From assembly GCA_963772455.1 (NCBI GenBank), contig CAVYXJ010000006.1, forward strand, positions 23,721 to 87,720: 64,000 nt of DNA. Reading direction: 5' to 3'. The notes below the pieces were generated by a model. The model worked only from the letters and a program-made list of their open reading frames with translations. It was not told where the DNA came from and ran no database searches. A program made the position numbers and the translations under genes. Of this stretch, positions 54,312-64,000 are shown one piece after another (positions within the stretch are counted from its first letter, which is position 1; the number at the start of each line of letters is the position of its first letter). Origin of the DNA: Candidatus Bathyarchaeota archaeon. Lineage in GTDB: Archaea > Thermoproteota > Bathyarchaeia > Bathyarchaeales > Bathycorpusculaceae.

Positions 54312-57300
54312 TTATTTTTTAGGGTGGTTTTCTTTGTTATTTATTTTTGAGAGCTTAAAGGGCCACCAATTATATTTTTGAGCTAAGCCCATGAGTGCCG
54401 GTACAAAGAACAATATTACGACGGTTACGTCGATTATGATTGCTGATGCTACTGCTAAACTGATTTCTTGTAATATAGCAATATTTGTTAGCATTAGTGA
54501 AGCGAAAACTGTGGCAAGCACTAAACCTAAGCCAAGGATCGTTACCCAGACTTTGTCTATGGCTGTTACTATTGCTTCATTGTCTGTTTTTCCGTTAAGA
54601 ACTTCTTCGCGGATTCGGGTTAAGAAAAAGATGTCATAATCTATTCCCACACCAAGCATAGTTACAACGACAAATAAAGGTCCGAAACTCAAAATGGGCA
54701 AGTTCAAAATCGAATAAAAGACTACACATATTATTGCTAAAGAGAATACAACGCTGCAGAGAATAGTAACTATCAAACGGAGCGGCGTGAATGCTGACCG
54801 CAACTGGAAGAATAATATAACGTAGACAGCGGCTGAAAGAATAGCGACTACCTCTGGAATCAAATTAGCCATGAAGGTTTGATTGTCATAAGATGACTGA
54901 GTTGTCCCGCCGTAATGAACGCTAACACCATTCATAAGCGGAAGTAGGCTGATTTTGTTCTCGATGTCTCTGAGAGAGCTGACTGCGTTTTGGCTCGAAG
55001 GAGAATCAGCTAAATTGACAGTTATCAAAACAGTTTTGTTGTCTTTTCCAATATTTAGAAACATTTGACTCTCATACTGTAACCTAAAGGTCTCACTCGT
55101 GTTTTCAATATTTGAGTAGCTAAATGCCTCTCCAAAAGGTCTCGTTGGACTTGAAACTGAAGTTACTCCTTTAGAGTCAGCGGCAACAGAAGTGATTTGT
55201 TCAATTTGATTAAGCATAGTTTGATTGAATTGATTATGTCCGTAGGTAACTTGCGAGGGCAAGGTAGCGACGATGGATGCTGGACCTAAGCTCCCGCTTC
55301 CAAAGCTATCAGATATTGCTGTGAGTCCCTGGTTGCTCTGGAAATTTGGAATAAGCTTCAAAAATTCATCGCTGGTGGGCGTGCTATATACTACGGCAAA
55401 CGAGCTCAATGCAAAAACGCTTATGATGATTACGATAGGGATTTTTCTTTTTAATGTTCCATGAGCAATACGTAATAGTATGCTTTGTTTACCATTTGAT
55501 TTGGGTTTAGCATGTCGGTTCAAACCTGGCCAAAAGATTTTGTCGCCTAATGCAATTTCAAGAGCAGGTAGCAATGTAAGTGAGGCAGCAAGCAAGATTC
55601 CAACTCCCAAAGCTATGGCGGTTCCCACATCGCTAAATATGGGGACATTTGCAACTGCCATAACAATGTAAGCTACAATTACTGTTATGCCTGCGGTTAG
55701 AACTGCTTGTCCAGCCCATTTAATTGAAATGCCAACACTTTCCTCAATAGATTTTCCTTGCTGTCGTTCTTCTCGTGTACGACGGAGTTGAAGCACAGAA
55801 TAATCTACAGCTAACCCAAGCATCAACAATACCGTCAGCGTTGGAGTTAGAAAAGTCACGTTTCCTTTACCAATGCCAACAACTACCTCGTAAATAGCAG
55901 CAAGCGCAACTGAAACAGAAATTCCGCCAATCAACACAGGAATTATTGCAGCAATCGGCGCCAAGAAGAGAATACCCACAATCAAAAGTGAAATTGCTAT
56001 CCCTGGCCCAACTGTGATTTCAAACGCAGGGAGAAATGCTTTTTCGATATCTTTTGATAAAACAGAGCCGCCTGTTACATAGACTGTTCCTAAGTCTTGC
56101 ATTCCAGAAGCTTCAATGTCCGCCCTAAATTGGTTGATTTCTCTTTCACTTGGATCTGACGAGAAACCAAAAATGACAAGCATTGTGTCGTTGGATGGAT
56201 TGACAAAGTTGGCGCTTAAATATTTTGAAGGCACATATGGAAAATCGGAAACCGAATGTGAAGCAACAAAACCATCTATGACTTTGGCTGTTTCTGTGAT
56301 GGTTGTGTTTGGGGAAAGTTGACTTAGAAGGTTTGTTAGAGCACTTCTGTTTATTCTAAAAAGAGGCGAATCTGCAAAGGTCGTTTGGGTTGCATTTGCA
56401 ATAAAGGAGCAAGCTAAATTCCATGTTTGATTGGCGGAGGGTGAATTGCCAAGTTGATAGGCTGAATTCATCAAATCTGAAACTGTAAAGCCCGCATCGG
56501 TTGCTGTCATATTGCTGTAACTTGTTTCTAAAAGTGTTATTGCATAGTTTGCAAGTGTGTTATTTGAGGGAGAAGCCCCCATATCATAAAGTTCATTGAC
56601 CACATCATTTGGAGAAGCGCCCAAAACTGAGGCGAGGTCAGAAGGAATACTTGAAACCATGGTCGAAGTCGCTAAATCTGCTATAGCTGATGGTTGACTC
56701 CAATTATTCACTGTTAAACCGGATACGACGAGACCTACCATCTGACTTGTTTGAGCATCTAAGTTGCTGGCTAGTTAACATTGCCGTAACAGACTGGTTT
56801 ACAGCGAAGGCTTCTCGATCCAGCTATGATGTGCTATTTGGGAGAACTTGGAAACTGGCAGACCAAGCTCCAAAAAACGCTGAATAAGTATCCAATCGAT
56901 GTTGGGTCTCCACCGAAATTGCCTGTTACATTATACGTGGTTGCATTTGCTGCGATGTTAATGTCATTTGGGTTGGTATCGCCTTGTGCAGCAAGTTGCT
57001 GTGAAACCCCTTGCCATACGCCTAACGAAAGCTGATGGGATTCCATAGACTAGTTGAGCTGTCTGGTTGATGCCATCTTGAAGTTGAAACAGGTTTGTGC
57101 TTAAAACAGAAAGATTATCTCTTAACATGTAAAGTCCCGAGTTTATTGAGGCAATGTTGCTCTGGAGGCTTGCTGTTTGGTTAAGAATTGCAGGGATAGA
57201 TGAGTTAAGTAGGCTGCTTTCCAACGTGTAGAAGCTGGTTTGTCCCGTGTAATTGCCAACGCCTTCGTCAGCGGCTAATGTTTGGTTAAGGCTGAGTAAC

Positions 57301-57605
57301 TGCAGCTTTAACTCATCAGAATACGCAGATGTATTTTGAATTACAACAATAATGCTGTTTGAACCGCTGCTTCCACTGCTACTATTGCTTTCAGAAGGGA
57401 ATTGAACGCGTATAATGTCTGCAGTTTTTTCGGCTTCGGTATTTGGTGGACCGCCAAATCCACCTGTTAAATCATAGGAAACGGATGCGAAGAAACTTGG
57501 AATAAGCAGAAGTGAGAATACCACCGCGATAACCCATGCCACGATAACAAGTTTGTATCGCTTTCGAATGAATCGATTAAGGGAATCAAAAAGTGATCTT
57601 GACAT
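54312..57605 (-). CDS. MMPL/RND family transporter, fragmented by indels between 56.7 and 57.0 kb
   Basis: VYVTGG, GLAVDYS...R.REE, GVGIDYDIFFLTRIREE; two TM bundles. Confidence 0.92.
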
Positions 57606-57765
57606 GTTTTTTTCCTGTAAAGTTAAACGATTATCATGATGTGTGATTGATTAATGCAGAAGTCGTTTTACTTCGCCTTTCTTAAGGATTACCCAAATCC
57701 TACCCAAAAATCTACGAGTAGAACAAGTCTAATCAAAAAATGCGATTAGTGGCGAGTTAATATGG

Positions 57766-57794
57766 TGGTGCCGAGGGATAGCTTGAAACCGTCG
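57766..57794 (-). other. Degenerate tRNA 3'-half-like sequence
   Basis: Minus strand GACGG-TTTCAAG-CTATC-CCTCGGC-A-CCA has T-arm, acceptor and CCA geometry. Confidence 0.45.
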
Positions 57795-57844
57795 TTTAGA
57801 CCGTCGTTTAGACCGTCGTTTAGACCGTCGTTTAGACCGTCGTT
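57788..57844. repeat. Tandem repeat (ACCGTCGTTTAG) x4.75
   Basis: Four perfect 12-nt units plus 9 nt. Confidence 0.95.
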
Positions 57845-57876
57845 ACAACAATATTTCAAAAACAAGTGAGTATTCT

Positions 57877-58311
57877 TTAACTAGAGTCGGCTAAGGGGTA
57901 TCGGCTCATTGCTGCAATCATCGTTTCGCTGAAGCTTCTTTTGCTAATGTGCCTGGCAAAATCGGAAGTAGCTATTATGCCTACTAAGACGGCTTTTTTT
58001 GTTACAGGAAGGCGTCTGATTTTGTATTTGACCATTTTTCTTGCGGCTTCTTTAATCGATGAATCTTCCTCAATTGTTATTAGCGGAGATGACATTACCT
58101 CATTGATCTTAGTTTCAAGCGATTTTTTCTGCGCCATAACCCGTCTAACCAAGTCTCTTTCAGTTACAATGCCCTTTGGTTCCTTTCCTTCCATCACTAC
58201 AAGATCGCCTACATCTTGTTGATGCATCAGTTTTGCAGTTTCAAAAACGGTTCTATGACCTTCAATTGTGATAACGTTTGTTGTCATAAAATCTCTGACA
58301 GTTGGCATCAA
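57877..58311 (-). CDS. CBS-domain pair protein
   Basis: VRDFMT, GIVTERDLV, IRRLPV. Confidence 0.93.
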   Translation of the reverse strand: MMPTVRDFMTTNVITIEGHRTVFETAKLMHQQDVGDLVVMEGKEPKGIVTERDLVRRVMAQKKSLETKINEVMSSPLITIEEDSSIKEAARKMVKYKIRRLPVTKKAVLVGIIATSDFARHISKRSFSETMIAAMSRYPLADSS

Positions 58312-58502
58312 CTTAAATGAACATAAAGTATCGTATAAAAGTTTTGTAGCTCCAAGCCTGGTTTGCGCTCCAATTCAATTTAACCAGATTTTTCTTGCCT
58401 AAAAATAGGAAAAAAGATCAATCACAATATGAATAATTGATCTGCTAACAATTCTCTTTAGGAGCGAATAACATTGGTTTCGTCTTTCTATTAGCCCGCT
58501 GC

Positions 58503-58557
58503 ACTTCTCAAAATTGCACATTTTACTTCTCAAAATTGCACATTTTACTTCTCAAAA
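58503..58557. repeat. Tandem repeat (ACTTCTCAAAATTGCACATTTT) x2.5
   Basis: Two perfect 22-nt units plus 11 nt, upstream of the Lrp-kdp cluster. Confidence 0.92.
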
Positions 58558-58593
58558 AGGCTCAAAAGCTACTCAAGCAGCTTACTGATTTCA

Positions 58594-58944
58594 ATGACCC
58601 ATATGGAGACCATAGATTCTTCAAATAATCACGGTCGGTTCGAAGCCTCAGTTAACATTTTTGTTGACCCGACTAAAAAAACTCAAGTTATAGATGCACT
58701 TTCAAAGCTCGAAAACATCGACGACATTTATGAAGTTAAAGGAGAATTTGACATTGTTTCGATAGTTTCGGCTTCATGCTTGGAAGAGTTCCGAAATGTC
58801 TTGCATAATAAAATCCTGAAGATTAAGGGTGTCAAAAGCACTGTAATCACAGTGGTTCTCAAAACTCATAAAAGACTCAAATCCGAAAGTTACCTTAATA
58901 TTAAGGGAGCAAACGTTCCTATTTCCTTAAAGAAAGGTATATAA
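58594..58944 (+). CDS. Stand-alone Lrp/AsnC ligand-binding domain protein
   Basis: YEVKGEFDIV...ILKIKGVKST. Confidence 0.88.
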   Translation: MTHMETIDSSNNHGRFEASVNIFVDPTKKTQVIDALSKLENIDDIYEVKGEFDIVSIVSASCLEEFRNVLHNKILKIKGVKSTVITVVLKTHKRLKSESYLNIKGANVPISLKKGI

Positions 58945-58980
58945 CACGCTTACCCGCTCAATTGAAGAAGATGACCACAT

Positions 58981-59289
58981 TTGTCTCGAATGTTTGCATT
59001 TGTAAACATCTTTGTAGAGTCCTCAGAAATGGACAACGTATTGACTGCTCTCGGTGAACTTGAAAACCTCGAGGAACTTTATGAAGTAACAGGTGAATTT
59101 GACATAGTCTCGCTTGTTTCAGCATCAGATATTGAAGATTTCAGGGAAGTTCTAAAGAATAAGATCATGAAAATTAAAGGCGTGAAGAGCACCGTAAGTT
59201 CTGTCGTTCTCAAGGTCCATAAGGGAACAAGATGTAACCTCACCGAAAAAGACAAAACAAGTTCAATTCTATTTTCCTCAAACCCATAA
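58981..59289 (+). CDS. Stand-alone Lrp/AsnC ligand-binding domain protein, paralogue of the upstream gene
   Basis: YEVTGEFDIV...IMKIKGVKST. Confidence 0.88.
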   Translation: MSRMFAFVNIFVESSEMDNVLTALGELENLEELYEVTGEFDIVSLVSASDIEDFREVLKNKIMKIKGVKSTVSSVVLKVHKGTRCNLTEKDKTSSILFSSNP

Positions 59290-59335
59290 TTACATAGTCA
59301 AAGGTGAGGATTGGGTATAATAGGTTTTGTAAAGA

Positions 59336-60990
59336 TTGATCGACATCCTTCAAGCTTTAAGTGTTATTCTTCTCCTTGTAACAACGATTTTGCTAGGGTG
59401 GCGTCTAGCTCCTTACGTAACCAAAGTATTTACTCGAGCCCCAAGTCGTATTGACCGGATTCTGAATCCTGTGGAAAACGGGATCTACAGAATCTGCGGA
59501 GTAGACTCTAAATCTGGAATGGGTTGGAAACGATACTTCTATTCTGCTTTATTACTAAACGTTTTGCAGATGGCTTCGGCTTTTGTGATTCTCGTTTTTC
59601 AAGATAAACTGCCGCTTAATCCTCAGGGCTTTCCAGGGCTTTCGTGGGATCTAGGATTTAATACTGTGATATCCTTTGGTACTAACACCAACCTGCAACA
59701 TTACAATGGAGAAACCACACTTTCCATTTTTAGCCAAATGGGTGCAATTCAGTTCCTTCAATTCACCTCAGCCATAACTGGACTATGCGTTGCAATAGCT
59801 ACGGTTCGTGGTTTCATCTCCAGCTCTAAGGATCTCGGTAACTTCCACGTTGATTTCGTCAGAACTCTTACCAGGATTCTACTTCCATTATGTTTGGTCG
59901 CCGCATTGGTTTTAGTTGCGCTCGGGGTTCCCCAGACTCTGAATGCATATTCTGTGGTCCAGACCTTGGAGGGAACAGCGCAGACGATATTGGTTGGACC
60001 TGTAGCTTCGCTTGCATCTATAATGCAATTAGGAACTAACGGGGGCGGATATTTCGGCGCCAACGCGGCACACCCATTCATGAACCCGAGTCCAATATCG
60101 AACATTTTTGAAATGTTCCTAATGATGATTTTGCCAACAACATTGATATTTGTTTTTGGAAGAATGCTTGGAAAGAAAAAAGAAGCTCGACCAATTCTCA
60201 TAGGTGCGTACGGCCTTTTCTCTATAAACCTCATAATAGGGTTTCTTCAAAACCTTCCTTCTGGCACCGGAATCGAGACAAGAATAGGCGGATTCTTCTC
60301 CGCGTTCTGGACAACCACAACCACCGCCTTCACTACAGGTTCCGTAAATGCCTCACTATCCGCTATGAACCCACTCAACATTCTTTCAGGCTTCATGGGC
60401 ATGTTAACTCAAGCAACACCTGGCGGCAAAGGGGTAGGGTTGATGTATATGCTAATGTACATAATCATCACAGTTTTCCTCGTTGGGCTGATGTCGGGTA
60501 GAACCCCTGAGTATTTAGGAATTAAAATTGAGGACGAGACGTGAAGCTTGTTATGATTGCATTTCTTATTCACCCCATAATAATCCTTATTCCAACGGTT
60601 TTAGCATACGCAACTGGAGCTGCAAGTTCAATTGGGGTAGGGACGAACTCTGTCGGTTTTACCCAGATACTGTGGGAGTTCACATCTAGCGCAGCCAATA
60701 ATGGGTCAGATTTCCTAGGCGCCTCAGCTAACAATCTATTCTTCAATATCTCAACTGGCATTGTAATGTTTCTGGGGAGATATCTTCCCATTTTGCTGTT
60801 GCTTGCGCTTGCAGGCTCGATGATAGGACGAAAGCGCAGTAGTGAAACTGGGCTCAAAACAGACAGCCTAATCTTCTCAGTTGTGCTAATCGCAAGCGTA
60901 CTTATAGTGGTCGTATTGACGTTCTTTCCCTTTCTTGCTTTAGGACCTATTCTTTCATTCTTCAACGGACTGGTGAATGGATTTGGCTAA
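59336..60990 (+). CDS. kdpA: K+-transporting ATPase subunit A (indel near 60530)
   Basis: TNTNLQHY, LGTNGGG, GRTPEYLG, SAANNGS selectivity-filter motifs. Confidence 0.95.
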
Positions 60991-63155
60991 AACTCCTGAT
61001 GAAAAGGTTGATAGAGTAGTCTTGCCGGAGCGGAAAGCCTCAGTCTTAAATTGGAAAGTGCTTCTGGATTCTTTGGTACGATTGAACCCGCGAGCTTTGA
61101 TTGCAAACCCCGTCATGTTCCTAGCCAGGTAACATTTTTCATAGTTTTAGCAATGGCAATATACCCGCAGGGATTCTATCCCGTTGCCAACCTTATCCAA
61201 AGACCTTTCTACGCGACAGTTGCCGTAATTCTCATAGTAACTGTGTGGTTTAGCACCCTCTCCGATGCGCTTGCGGAGAAGCAGGCAAAGAACACGGCAA
61301 ACAGTCTTAGAAAGCTTGAGACTGAAGTTCAAGCTAAGAAAATTGTCACAGAAGGTTGGACAAGAAAAACAGTTTTCATTTCATCTAAAGCATTGCAGAA
61401 AGGTGACTTGATCATGCTAGATAAGACGATTTGATTCCTTCAGATGCTGAAGTGCTTGAAGGAATAGCAATGGTTGATGAATCTCTTCTTACTGGGGAAT
61501 CTGTTTCTGTTCGCAAGGCGCCAGGCGACATGTTAATTGGCGGCTCAAAAATAATTAGCGATACTTTAACTGCAAAAGTGACGGTAAACCCTGATGAGAG
61601 CTACATCAACCAGATGATAAAAATGGTTGAGTCCTCTAAACGACCCAAGACGCCTAATGAACAGGCAATTACCACAATTCTAATCGGGCTAACGGCGATA
61701 TTTAGTATAATTATTATTTCCCTGCTAGGGCTATCTGTAGTTCTTCATCTTCAAGGCGACTTATCTGTCCTAATTGCACTCTACGTTTGCCTACTGCCAA
61801 CCACTATTGGCGCCCTTTTGCCAGCGATTGGACTTTCAGGCATATCAAGGCTTTATAAAAGAAAAATCGTCGCAAAATCAGGTAGAGCTATCGAAACAGC
61901 AGGTGATGTAGATGCAATTCTCTTGGACAAAACAGGCACAATTACAGTCGGCAACCGGCAGGCTATAGAATTTACAGCTTTTGGGGAGTGTACTGAACAA
62001 GACGTCGGTGAAGCAGCCTTTCTTTCTTCATGGCACGATGACACTCCTGAAGGTCGCAGCATTATAAGACTTGCTTCTGAAAAAGGTTTTATTCCTGAGG
62101 AATTGAACTCTTTGGCTCTTGCAGAAGTTTATCTATTCTCAGCCGAAACACGTACCAGTGGGGTTAAGATAGCTTGCAGCAGTGGGTTTATGCTTCCAAA
62201 AGGCGAAAAAGGCCACAGAGAACATGGCAGGCTTAGTAGAAAATTCGCAGACAGTGTTTCAGCAGATGAAGAAGCTTCTTGTCTTGAATCTGAGATTACT
62301 GTGATGAAGGGAGCTCCTAACGCGATCCTTTCAATTGTTGGATCGCCGCCACCAAATTTTACAAGCACCGCAGAAAGCATTTCTTTAGAAGGGGATACTC
62401 CAATTGCCTTAGCACGCAACGGCATGGCGATCGGAATGATTAGGCTGAAAGATGTCTTAAAACCCGGCATAAAAGACAAGATCCATTCCATTAAACTCAT
62501 GGGTATAAGGCCCGTTATGATAACTGGAGACCAACCACTTACTGCCAAAAGCATCGCATCGGAAGTAGAAATAGAAGAATATGTGCCTCAAGCAAAACCT
62601 GAAGACAAATACAGTATCGTTATAAAAGAGCAAGCCCAAACAAGAATTGTTGCCATGATAGGTGATGGCACTAACGATGCTCCTGCTTTAGCAAAGGCAG
62701 ATGTAGGTCTTGCCATGAATTCAGGCACTCAGGCAGCTAAGGAAGCTGCTAACATGGTTGATCTCGAATCTAACCCTGCAAAAATTATTGACGTTGTTCT
62801 CCTTGGCAAACAATTGTTAATGACCCGTGGCGCTGTCACTACATTTAGCATTGCTAATGATGTGGCTAAATACTTCGCAATAATGCCTGTCCTGTTCGCT
62901 GTCGCCGCTCCAAAATTGCAAACTCTAAACGTGCTAGGCCTCGGTTTACATACTGCCGTGCTGTCTGCTTTAATTTTCAATGCAATCATTATTCCGCTGC
63001 TTATTCCTTTGGCGATGCGAGGAATATCTTTCAAACCGTCAGATACTATGACTCTGTTCTTGCGAAATACGTTGATTTATGGAGTGGGCGGTGTTATAGT
63101 TCCGTTTATTGGAATCAAATTAATCGATATGTTACTTCTGTTCCTACACGTATAA
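60977..63155 (+). CDS. kdpB: K+-transporting P-type ATPase subunit B (indels near 61120 and 61425)
   Basis: TGES, KTPNE, DKTGT, TPEGRSI, GDGTNDAPAL, TTFSIANDVAKYF. Confidence 0.96.
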
Positions 63156-63169
63156 GGTGAAATGAAAAT

Positions 63170-63622
63170 ATGACATCGGGTAAGAAACGAAATTGGTGTT
63201 TAAGGCAAACAATATTCTTAACAATGGTTTCATTGGTAATTTGTGGCATAGTCTTTCCGATTGTAGTTACTGGTTTAGCGCAAGTATTATTTCCAAATCA
63301 GGCGAACGGAGAAATCGTTCAATTCAACGGTCGGGCAGTTGGGTCAAACTTAATTGCACAAAACTTCACTTTGCCTATTTTCTTCCATCCCAGAAATGAT
63401 TCTGCCTCGGGAGTAGACCCTGACATAACACTTCAAGACGCTTATTCACAAATTCCGCGAATACAAAACGCCACAGGCATACCTGCAGAAAATCTTAATC
63501 AAATAGTGAATCAAAGCATGGAAGGCACTTACTGGATTTTTGGCACCCGATATGTAAACGTACTTCTCCTGAACTTGGCGCTCGTAAAAGCTTATCCTAC
63601 GATATATAGCGAATTCCAGTAA
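63170..63622 (+). CDS. kdpC: K+-transporting ATPase subunit C (short form)
   Basis: FPNQANG, GSNLIAQ.F, SASGVDPDI, VNVL.LNLAL. Confidence 0.93.
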   Translation: MTSGKKRNWCLRQTIFLTMVSLVICGIVFPIVVTGLAQVLFPNQANGEIVQFNGRAVGSNLIAQNFTLPIFFHPRNDSASGVDPDITLQDAYSQIPRIQNATGIPAENLNQIVNQSMEGTYWIFGTRYVNVLLLNLALVKAYPTIYSEFQ

Positions 63623-63701
63623 CTTTGAGAGCAGGTTAGGAAAAAACAATAATTATCACTTTCCCTCCCAGAACATTGCAGGAAATGAAACTTCAAGTAA
63701 G

Positions 63702-63893
63702 TTAGTTTTCTAATTCTTGCTTAGCAAAGAATAGTGTTTCAAAATGTAGTTTAACATATTCGCTTCTTGATCTTTTCTGCTTAGAAGCTTCTTGATCTAT
63801 TTTCTCTAATACACGATTTGATAAGGCTATGGTTACGGGTTGTTTGCGACTGGAGCCATGAATCTCTACCGTATACTCAGCCCACTTGTGCAA
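63702..63893 (-). CDS. CopG/ribbon-helix-helix protein
   Basis: VTIALS..VLEKID..A....RSRSEYV. Confidence 0.75.
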   Translation of the reverse strand: MHKWAEYTVEIHGSSRKQPVTIALSNRVLEKIDQEASKQKRSRSEYVKLHFETLFFAKQELEN

Positions 63894-64000
63894 GACATTA
63901 TGCTTTTGGCTTGCCTTCTAAGTATTATCTCATTACTCTCCTTGTAGAGCACACATAATGTCGTAATTTATGCCCAATATTACAAAATAACCTCAAATTA

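Noticed and set aside
57788-57844. Possible CRISPR array
   Set aside because: Units are 12 nt, contiguous and have no spacers; no cas genes in the window
58503-58557. Possible mini-CRISPR
   Set aside because: The 22-nt units abut directly with no spacers

Overview
AT-rich archaeal chromosomal window. The gene content (CdvB/Snf7 paralogue, Cren7-like protein, methanofuran genes, stand-alone Lrp/AsnC domains, a PEF-type C-terminal sorting signal) suggests a TACK archaeon, most likely Bathyarchaeia; this is inference. Many genes, including pyrG, kdpA and kdpB, are split by single-base indels that look like assembly errors. Recognisable content: pyrG, trmI, a radical SAM enzyme, an iron/oxidative-stress trio, PAS kinase and receiver proteins, surface proteins, tRNA-Val(GAC) with a duplicated 3' half enclosing decayed Fic/vapBC genes, tRNA-Ser(TGA), cblT-cblS alpha-ribazole salvage genes, lemA/TPM, YyaL, a MacB-type ABC transporter plus HtrA, an mfnBADFE methanofuran operon, an MMPL transporter and kdpABC. 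Best novelty candidates: (1) a DUF2400 glycosylase-like domain with degenerate catalytic residues fused to a T7 endonuclease I-like nuclease, next to HExxH and JAMM proteases; (2) a family of structured non-coding repeats at 17.7-19.1 kb; (3) bacterial-type CblTS in an archaeon; (4) an 11-bp-phased TTGG promoter motif shared by several envelope genes; (5) unannotated small proteins. All family calls come from motif recognition by eye, not from database searches.
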